Both the position numbers and the translations under genes were made by a program. The notes below the pieces were generated by a model. It had not been told where the DNA came from and ran no database searches. It saw only the letters and a list, made by a program, of their open reading frames with translations. Below, piece after piece: positions 57,108 to 64,000 of a stretch of 64,000 nt of DNA; position 1 is the stretch's first letter; each line of letters opens with the position of its first letter. This DNA is from Candidatus Doudnabacteria bacterium (GTDB taxonomy: Bacteria > Patescibacteriota > Doudnabacteria > UBA920), in the NCBI GenBank assembly GCA_031291995.1, contig JARLHZ010000034.1, positions 14,915 through 78,914 of the forward strand, written 5' to 3'.

Positions 57108-57560
57108 TCAGTTGATGGTGACGGGACGCAGCTCGAGGGGTTCCTGTTCGTAGGGAACGAAGAACGCTTTGGATCCCTCCACAGCTACGCCCTTTCCGGA
57201 AGTCCCGTCCGCCAAGGCGAGACCGATGTTGCAGCGGCAGCCTAATCCTGGAGTGGTGATGAGTTCGTGATACTGCTGAAAGGCCTCGCTCCACCTCTCC
57301 AGGACGATATGGTGACCGTGGTCGTCAGTGTAGACGTTGACACCCTCTTCGTGCAGGAGGCGGAGAACGGCGTTCTCCACAACCTTGCCCGAGAAGGGCT
57401 TGTCCGCATTGATTACCAGGTGAAACAGGCGGCCGGTCATCCGGGCGCCGTTCATGATGATGGTTTCCGGGTTGCCGACAACGAACTTCGTATCCGGTTG
57501 GCCGAATCGTAAATGCATTGCCAGCGTTTCCGCAATCTGTCCTTGACGTTCCGTATACAT
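57108..57560 (-). CDS. Hypothetical protein
   Basis: AAGGAG SD before the ATG at 57560. Confidence 0.55.
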   Translation of the reverse strand: MYTERQGQIAETLAMHLRFGQPDTKFVVGNPETIIMNGARMTGRLFHLVINADKPFSGKVVENAVLRLLHEEGVNVYTDDHGHHIVLERWSEAFQQYHELITTPGLGCRCNIGLALADGTSGKGVAVEGSKAFFVPYEQEPLELRPVTIN

Positions 57561-57586
57561 AACTGCTCCTTGGTGGGTTGTCTGAC

Positions 57587-57796
57587 TTATGCCGAGTGAA
57601 CGCAAGTGCCGTCGGAGTCGTAGGCATAAACTTCAATGCCAACGCCGCGGTTGCTGTGAGCGATGTCGTCTATTTCCCCTTGGCTTAACGGTGCGTTGTA
57701 GTCGCCAATAAAGAAATCTTCGCCATGCTCGTGTCCGATGAAACGGATCTTACCATCCGGAGCCTTGGGCTCCGTATCTGACTTTCGGAATTGCAT
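57587..57796 (-). CDS. Hypothetical small protein
   Basis: GGAGG SD before the ATG. Confidence 0.55.
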   Translation of the reverse strand: MQFRKSDTEPKAPDGKIRFIGHEHGEDFFIGDYNAPLSQGEIDDIAHSNRGVGIEVYAYDSDGTCVHSA

Positions 57797-58001
57797 GATT
57801 CCTCCCCCTTTGCAAATTTATACCGCACGTTTCAAAACATATTTATAAACTCTGTAAACCGTAAAATAATGAAAATACTACTTATTGAGAAAATGGTCTT
57901 GGTTTGAAATAATTATATACCTATTCAATAAATAAAAACAACCTGAAAAAATCAACCCGGCGCGTCCTCCTTCGCGCCGGGCGTGGTTGAAGAACAACAA
58001 C

Positions 58002-59327
58002 TTAAACCTCCTGGAGCACCTGCCCCAGGGCATTCCGGACATCGGCCTCGAAAGCGGAGCGGCATTCGAGGGCGTGGGTGAGGGTGGCTTCTTTGCCGTT
58101 GACGCAGAACGCCAACTGGCATCCACGGAGTTTGGCCTGTTCTACCGCTCCCGCGGAGGAAAGCGGGTCGTAGCTCAGGTCAACGTTGATGCCAGCATTG
58201 CGAAGCTGCTGGGCGAATCGGAAAGCCATGGCTGTACTGTCGTTATTGCCGCAGTACGCTACCAGGACTTTATCCGGAAGGACAAGCTCGGATTTGAGCA
58301 TGTCCAATTCCTTCATGACTGCAAGGATGCGGTCGAGGCCGAAGGCCATGCCGACCGCCGGTTCAGGCGGAGCGCCGAAAGCGCCCACCAGGTTGTCGAA
58401 TCGGCCGCCGCCGAGCACCGCGCCGATTGGCACGCCGGGAATCACTCCTTCCAGAATGAAACCGGTGTAATAGTCGGCGCCGCGAGCCAACGTGAGGTCG
58501 ATTCTGACGTGAGAGAGCACTTCGTCGGGCAGATAAGAGAAAATCTTCCGGAGCTCAGCGATGCCGGTTAATCCGGCCGGCTGGTCGTGAAGATTGTCTT
58601 GAAGGTGTTGAAGCATGTCTTCGAGCGAGCCGGAAATAGCGATGACGCCCATAATGCTTTCTATCAGGGCGCTGCCAACCCGGCGGCGTTTCAGGTCTTC
58701 GCGGATCCCTTCCAGGCCTGCCTTGGTCACCTTGTCGGCGTAATCCATGGCGCGTTGCACCTTGAGGATGCCGTCTTTGCCGGTGATACCGGCGCGGGCA
58801 GCAATGGCCTGGATGATCATGCGATGATTGACGCGGATGACGAACTGCCGGAAACCGAGGTCACAAAGGCCGCGGCACGCTACGGATATAATATCGGCGT
58901 CGGCCAGAAGGCTGGAGGCGCCGATGATATCCCCATCGCATTGCATGAATTCGCGGAAGTGGCCTTTGTCCGGTTTGTCATCGCGGAACACATAGCCGAA
59001 CTGATACCGCTTGTAAGGGCGGGGCAGGTCGGGATGCGAACTGGCGACGCGAGCCAGCGGTACCGTTAGGTCGTAGCGGAGAACGAGGCGGTGTTTCTTG
59101 TTGTCTTCCAGGCGGAAGATGAGCTTCTCGCCCTCGCCGTGGTGGCCGTCAAATACGACCTCGTTCTCGATGGTGGGGGTATCGTGGGGAGTGAAACCGC
59201 TCTTCTCGTAGACAGAACGGAGAATACGGATAACGTAATCACGTACCCGCATTCCAAGCCCCAGCTTATCAGTAGTGCCCGGCGGGACGGCGTTCTTAAG
59301 CCGAGACCGGGTCTGTGGATGGCCCAT
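58002..59327 (-). CDS. HisRS-like protein with divergent C-terminal domain
   Basis: LRYDLTVPLAR, FRDDKP..GHFREFMQCD, RGADYYTG and GGGRFDNL motifs. Confidence 0.85.
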   Translation of the reverse strand: MGHPQTRSRLKNAVPPGTTDKLGLGMRVRDYVIRILRSVYEKSGFTPHDTPTIENEVVFDGHHGEGEKLIFRLEDNKKHRLVLRYDLTVPLARVASSHPDLPRPYKRYQFGYVFRDDKPDKGHFREFMQCDGDIIGASSLLADADIISVACRGLCDLGFRQFVIRVNHRMIIQAIAARAGITGKDGILKVQRAMDYADKVTKAGLEGIREDLKRRRVGSALIESIMGVIAISGSLEDMLQHLQDNLHDQPAGLTGIAELRKIFSYLPDEVLSHVRIDLTLARGADYYTGFILEGVIPGVPIGAVLGGGRFDNLVGAFGAPPEPAVGMAFGLDRILAVMKELDMLKSELVLPDKVLVAYCGNNDSTAMAFRFAQQLRNAGINVDLSYDPLSSAGAVEQAKLRGCQLAFCVNGKEATLTHALECRSAFEADVRNALGQVLQEV

Positions 59328-60663
59328 TGTTTGCGCTCTCCTTGGCGCGGATGAGGCTAATAGCCTCTTTGGTGCTCACGTTGCTGGTTTGTCCTGTGGA
59401 CATATCCTTGAGGGAAACATAGCCGCCGGCGACTTCGTCGTCGCCGATCACGATGATGAAAGGAATTCCCAGCCGGCTGGCGTAGGTTACCTTTTTTTTC
59501 AGCTTGGCATCATCGAAGTATACGGCCGTAGGTATACCGCCTTCGCGCAACTCGGTAGCTGCCTGCAAAGGAACGCGGAGATCGGAAGTTTGCGGAATGA
59601 CCAGCACTATGGCGGGCGTTGCGGATTTGGGAGTAATGATGCCCGCTTCGCGAAGCTGGTAAAACAGCCTGGTCAGGCCAATGGAAATTCCGACGCCGGG
59701 CAACTGTTTGTTGGTATAGTACCCAGCCAGGTCGTCGTAACGTCCGCCCGAACAGACACTGCCGATGCCGGGGTAGTCATTCAGTACCGTTTCGTACACG
59801 GTGCCCGTGTAATAGTCGAGGCCGCGGGCGATTGTCAGGTCAATAGCGTAATTCTGCCCGGGAACCCCAAGCGCCGAGACGTAGGAAATCACCTTCTCCA
59901 ATTCGTCGACGCCGGTACGGAAAGTGCCGTTGCTGATCTGCATCTGCTTGAGCTGGGAGAGGATGGCGGCCGTGTCGCCTGTCAATCCGATGAACGCAAG
60001 AACTTCGCGCGCCGCATCGGGTGGCACTCCTAGACCGGCCAACTCCTGCTGAACTGCTTCCTGCCCGGCTTTCTCCAGTCTGTCGACCGAACGGAGGATG
60101 TCCGCGGCCTGGCTGGCAAGTCCGAGCGATTCGAAGAAGCCGTTGAGGATCTTGCGATTGTTGATTTTGATGGTGAAGCGAGAAAAGCCGAGCGCCGCAA
60201 AGGTTGCGTAGATGACGCTGGGAATTTCCGCGTCGTTTAGCAAACTCAAAGCGCCGTCGCCGATGATGTCGATGTCGCACTGATAGAATTCCCGGAAACG
60301 GCCTCTCTGCGGCCGCTCTCCGCGGAACACTTTTCCGATGTGGTAGCGCCGGAAAGGAAACGCGAGGTCCGGATAGTGCTGCGCTACATAGCGAGCCAAC
60401 GGAACCGTGAGATCAAACCTCAAGGCCAAATCGCTGTCGCCCTTGGTGAAGCGGTAAATCTGCTTTTCGGTCTCACCGCCCGCCTTGGCCAAAAGCACTT
60501 CGGCCAATTCGATGACGGGGGTATCTAGCGGAATGAACCCGAACCGTTCATAGCTTTTCTGGATTACTCCCAACATGCCGTTGAACAGCATTTGGTCTGC
60601 CGGGAGCAGTTCCATAAAGCCGGAAAGGATCCGGGGGGTGACTTTACTTGGGTTGTTGTTCAT
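59296..60663 (-). CDS. hisS: Histidine--tRNA ligase
   Basis: LRFDLTVPLAR, FRGERPQRGRFREFYQCD, RGLDYYTG and SGGRYDDL; normal anticodon-binding domain. Confidence 0.95.
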   Translation of the reverse strand: MNNNPSKVTPRILSGFMELLPADQMLFNGMLGVIQKSYERFGFIPLDTPVIELAEVLLAKAGGETEKQIYRFTKGDSDLALRFDLTVPLARYVAQHYPDLAFPFRRYHIGKVFRGERPQRGRFREFYQCDIDIIGDGALSLLNDAEIPSVIYATFAALGFSRFTIKINNRKILNGFFESLGLASQAADILRSVDRLEKAGQEAVQQELAGLGVPPDAAREVLAFIGLTGDTAAILSQLKQMQISNGTFRTGVDELEKVISYVSALGVPGQNYAIDLTIARGLDYYTGTVYETVLNDYPGIGSVCSGGRYDDLAGYYTNKQLPGVGISIGLTRLFYQLREAGIITPKSATPAIVLVIPQTSDLRVPLQAATELREGGIPTAVYFDDAKLKKKVTYASRLGIPFIIVIGDDEVAGGYVSLKDMSTGQTSNVSTKEAISLIRAKESANNGPSTDPVSA

Positions 60664-60913
60664 AATATTTGATCAATCCTCCTTCATGGTACAAACTACG
60701 GAACGACTGGCTCCATAATTCTGCCAATCGATGGTAAAGAACAAACAAGCTCATCCTTATTGCACGGATAAACTTATCGTATTACTATAAATCAATTTAG
60801 CTCATATTGTCAAGGAGATTGGGTTTGGCCAGAGAAGCCCCTGACAAAATTTTTTAACTTGATTTTATTGGATAAATAATATATATAAAAGTAGAGTAAA
60901 CTGTAAAAAAAGA

Positions 60914-60950
60914 TATCCGGGCAGATCCTAAGAGGAACTGCCCGGAATAT
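60914..60950 (-). terminator. Hairpin downstream of hutH
   Basis: TCCGGGCAG..CTGCCCGGA stem with a T tract on the minus strand. Confidence 0.55.
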
Positions 60951-60975
60951 AAAACCTTTGCCAAACGGCTCGGGT

Positions 60976-62622
60976 CTAAGTGGTCAACGCGTTGCAGACT
61001 GACTGCAGCAGACTTCCGTCTGCCAGCATGCCCTCGACTGCGTCCAACTCGGCCTTGAGATACCGGTCGTTGAACCAGGCCTGGGCGCCCTTGTCCGTTT
61101 CCTTCTGGAATACGCCGCGGATATGGCCGTAAGCCTCGCCCGTTCCGAGCCCGAGCTGCTGGAGGTTTTCCGGCAGCAAATGCTGAGTGAGGGTGATCCC
61201 TTGCGACGCCATGAACAGTTCGGCGGCAAGCACGCGACGGATGATCGGCAGTATGGAGCGAACTTTGAGAGCGCTGTTCATTCCCATGCTCACCCAGTCT
61301 TCCTGGTCTGCCGAGGTCGTGATCGAATGAGTCGAGCAGGGATTGGCCAGAAGTGCAATCTGGTTTACCAAGGAGGCAACCCCATATTGCACGATCATCA
61401 GGCCGGTATTAGCCGTATTGGGACCGGCAAGATCCGCAGGTAAACCGTAGCTTAACCTGGGAGTAGTCAGAGCGAAACCCCGCCGGTCACTGGCGCCGGC
61501 AAGCGGCGTCAGGGCTATTGCGAGGTAATCCAGCGGCGCTGCCAAAGGCTGGCCGTGAAAATTGCCGCCTGAAATGGCTATGTATTGCGCGCCGTTCTCA
61601 CCATCCTCGAACACCAGAGGATTGTCGGTTGCCGAGTTGAGTTCGACTTCGAGAATCGACTCCAGATGAGAAAGGGCTTGGTATGCCGCCGCATGAATCT
61701 GGGGCGCACAGCGGAACGAGTAAGCGTCCTGAACGCGGGGAACCTGCTTGCCGTGGCTAAACTTCTTCTGTTCATCCGGAAAGGCTACGGATCTGGCTTC
61801 TTCCGTAATTCTCCTGGATCCTTCGGTGAACTTCCTGATGCGCGCCGCAGAATGAACCTGGCCGGGTAATGGCCTGGCTTCGTGGATGCGGGCATCGAAA
61901 GCGTTCTGCTCTCCGCGAATAGCCTCCAAAGACAAGGCCGTAGCGAGATCGGCGGTTTCCAAGAGGATCCAGCCGTCCACTACCGCAAGACACGCAATCG
62001 CCGCAATGAAGTTGGCGCCGTTTGTCAGTGCCATGGCTTCTTTGGCCGCAAGCGTGAGGGGTTTGAGGCCGTGGTTTTCAAGGGCTGTTCTGGCCGGTTG
62101 AATTTCGTCCGCCACGAACATTTGGCCTTCCTCGAGGCCGATTATGCCCGCGGACATGTGAGCCAAGGGAATTAGATCTCCCGAGGCGCCCACCGACCCG
62201 AACTCAGGGACTACCGGGGTAAGCCCCAAATTCAGGCAATCGCGAAGCCTTTCAATCAGGCAAGGTCGCACGCCGGAGTGACCCTTCAAAAAGTTGTTCA
62301 GCCGAACAAGCATGGCTGCTCGGGTGACTTCGGGTGGAAGCGGGTTCCCATAGCCGCAGCAATGGGCCGGGATATAACGCATCTGGTAATCGGACAGTTC
62401 GTCCGACGGCAACACTTGGTTCTTGCGAGAGCCACAGCCGGTATTGACACCGTACATGATGTCTCCACGGATAGCGGCGGCTTCGAGTCCTTGACGGAAA
62501 CGTTCGATTTTCGCAAACGTCTCGGGGTTGATCTGAACCTCGTGATGATGTCTGGCCACGGCTATAACCTGTTCAATGGTTAAGCTGTGACCGTCTACCT
62601 CCACGATTCTCTGCGTAAGCAT
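60976..62622 (-). CDS. hutH: Histidine ammonia-lyase (MIO family)
   Basis: YGVNTG, GSVGASGDL (MIO ASG), QDAYSFRC, DNP, GGNFHG and QED motifs; His retained in PAHCCG. Confidence 0.85.
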   Translation of the reverse strand: MLTQRIVEVDGHSLTIEQVIAVARHHHEVQINPETFAKIERFRQGLEAAAIRGDIMYGVNTGCGSRKNQVLPSDELSDYQMRYIPAHCCGYGNPLPPEVTRAAMLVRLNNFLKGHSGVRPCLIERLRDCLNLGLTPVVPEFGSVGASGDLIPLAHMSAGIIGLEEGQMFVADEIQPARTALENHGLKPLTLAAKEAMALTNGANFIAAIACLAVVDGWILLETADLATALSLEAIRGEQNAFDARIHEARPLPGQVHSAARIRKFTEGSRRITEEARSVAFPDEQKKFSHGKQVPRVQDAYSFRCAPQIHAAAYQALSHLESILEVELNSATDNPLVFEDGENGAQYIAISGGNFHGQPLAAPLDYLAIALTPLAGASDRRGFALTTPRLSYGLPADLAGPNTANTGLMIVQYGVASLVNQIALLANPCSTHSITTSADQEDWVSMGMNSALKVRSILPIIRRVLAAELFMASQGITLTQHLLPENLQQLGLGTGEAYGHIRGVFQKETDKGAQAWFNDRYLKAELDAVEGMLADGSLLQSVCNALTT

Positions 62623-62837
62623 GGATTTCACTCCTAAACCGAGATTTCAACTGTACTGAGACTTAGAACAGACAACCCAAAAATAGGTGCGTTGATGTTA
62701 TTTTTCCTCCAAATTCAAGGCAAAACAAACAACTCAACCCTTTGAGCGGTCTGGTCTGTGCTATATGCATATACCTTTTACTGACCTCCTGTCAAGATCT
62801 TAATAAAAATTGTACTTTTAATTTCGGTTTAAAAATT

Positions 62838-63131
62838 TTATCTATTTAATAACAATTTGTAACCTCCGCTGCCATTCTTTAGCCGTCTATTAATTTTGGC
62901 TATTGTAACAGGGCTCATATTTGTAAGTTTGGTAATTTTTGAATAAGAAAATTTTTTGTTCAGCATCCGAGCTACTTTCCAACGCATACTGATCTCTTGA
63001 ATTTCTTTGGTTGTTAATACATCCGACAAAAACATTTTTGCCTCTTGAAAACGTTCAAGCGATAACAACGCATTAAAAAGATCTTTGACTTGTTGATTGT
63101 CCAATTTTTTTGAATTGGTATTTTTAAGCAT
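62838..63131 (-). CDS. TrpR-like YerC/YecD regulator
   Basis: FLSDVLT..EI....RWKVA.ML...SY..I.....S..TI.KI.R.L..G.GGY pattern. Confidence 0.85.
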   Translation of the reverse strand: MLKNTNSKKLDNQQVKDLFNALLSLERFQEAKMFLSDVLTTKEIQEISMRWKVARMLNKKFSYSKITKLTNMSPVTIAKINRRLKNGSGGYKLLLNR

Positions 63132-63202
63132 AAAACATTTCTTAATTAATTGAAGTATAGCTTTATTTATAACTATTTTCAACGACAGCCGTCCCAGAAC
63201 TA

Positions 63203-63239
63203 AAAAATAATGCCAACCTTAATGGTTGGCATTATTTTT
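63203..63239. terminator. Bidirectional terminator after hisIE
   Basis: AAAAATAATGCCAACC-TTAAT-GGTTGGCATTATTTTT. Confidence 0.75.
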
Positions 63240-63838
63240 TATCTGCGTTTATCGACTTCGTCAGTAATATCTTTAAAAGAGATATCTTTTTCTGCCAGTA
63301 AAACAAACAGGTGGTAAATTAAATCCACGGTTTCCTCAATTAACCTGGGTTTGGTTTGCTTTTGCGCTGCGTGTACGACTTCAAGCGCTTCCTCGGCCAC
63401 TTTTAGGGAAATTTTGTCCAAACCGGCTTTGAATAAAGAGGCTGTATAGGATTTTTTTGGCATCTTTAATTTTCGCTCCTGGATTACGCTGAACAACTCC
63501 AATAATTTGTTGGGGTCAAAATTTTCTTTAAAACAGGAATAAGTACCCGTATGGCACGTCGGACCTACCGGTTTGGCTTTAATTAGTATTGCGTCGTTAT
63601 CACAGTCTAACTTTATATCAACAAGGTTTAAGATGTTCTTGCTGGTTTCGCCTTTCATCCAGAGCCGTTGTTTGCTTCGGCTGTAAAACCAAACTTTTTT
63701 TGTCTTTAAAGTTTTGGCGAAGGATTCCTTATTCATATAACCCAGCATCAAAACAGCGGACGTGTCGGCATCTTGAATGACGGCTGGTACCAGACCTTGG
63801 CTTTTTGTCCAATTTATTTTTTTGATTAAATTTTTCAT
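63239..63838 (-). CDS. hisIE: Bifunctional phosphoribosyl-AMP cyclohydrolase / phosphoribosyl-ATP pyrophosphatase
   Basis: [35 protein letters not shown] and KVAEEA motifs. Confidence 0.95.
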   Translation of the reverse strand: MKNLIKKINWTKSQGLVPAVIQDADTSAVLMLGYMNKESFAKTLKTKKVWFYSRSKQRLWMKGETSKNILNLVDIKLDCDNDAILIKAKPVGPTCHTGTYSCFKENFDPNKLLELFSVIQERKLKMPKKSYTASLFKAGLDKISLKVAEEALEVVHAAQKQTKPRLIEETVDLIYHLFVLLAEKDISFKDITDEVDKRR

Positions 63839-64000
63839 AAGCGTATTGGTATGTTGTTAGTTGATAAATAATTTTTAACTTGGTTGACGCTAAATTGTCC
63901 ATAATGGAACAAGCTTGCCACCAATGCCGCGTCTGCCTTGCCCTCGGTAAAAGCCAATTTTAAATCTTCCAAAGATCCGGCGCCGCCTGATGCGATAACA
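63835..64000 (-). CDS. hisF: Imidazole glycerol phosphate synthase HisF, C-terminal fragment at the window edge
   Basis: VIASGGAGS...[13 protein letters not shown]; stop overlaps the hisIE start (ATGA). Confidence 0.9.
   Translation of the reverse strand, partial: VIASGGAGSLEDLKLAFTEGKADAALVASLFHYGQFSVNQVKNYLSTNNIPIRL

Noticed and set aside
58002-59327. HisZ annotation for the second HisRS-like gene
   Set aside because: It retains the His-binding and motif 2/3 residues and a full C-terminal domain, which HisZ typically lacks; not fully excluded without a tree.
57987-60033. Long plus-strand ORFs (194, 160 and 252 aa)
   Set aside because: They are antisense shadows of the GC-rich HisRS genes with no recognisable motifs.

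Overview
This window looks like chromosome from a Patescibacteria/CPR bacterium. That is an inference from the missing rpmD in the spc operon, SD-less core genes and CPR-type hypothetical proteins; the standard code 11 fits. In order it contains the end of the spc operon (rplE-secY), dcd, a TraD/VirD4-like ATPase, a frameshifted dinD, dnaX and htrA. Next come a glycolysis/pentose-phosphate cluster, recJ/rnhA, mreB, a T-box-like leader with no synthetase downstream, a two-component system and the mraZ-rsmH-ftsL-ftsI cluster. The right end holds tRNA-Gln(UUG) with a ~3.8 kb large-serine-recombinase element, a GC-richer hutH-hisS-hisS block and the end of a his operon. Three signals stand out. 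(1) The recombinase element has a recoverable second att site, and integration swaps the integrase C-terminus (tRNA-antisense tail when integrated, its own tail when excised). (2) The window is densely populated by several families of palindromic repeats. Some flank GIY-YIG or DUF559 nuclease genes, some occur as empty pairs, some fill every spc gene junction, and some sit in frame inside conserved proteins (uL18, RuvX, RsmH, DnaX, RNase HI). (3) Two tandem HisRS genes, one with a divergent C-terminal domain, lie beside a histidine ammonia-lyase and his biosynthesis genes. All product calls come from motif recognition by eye; no searches were run.
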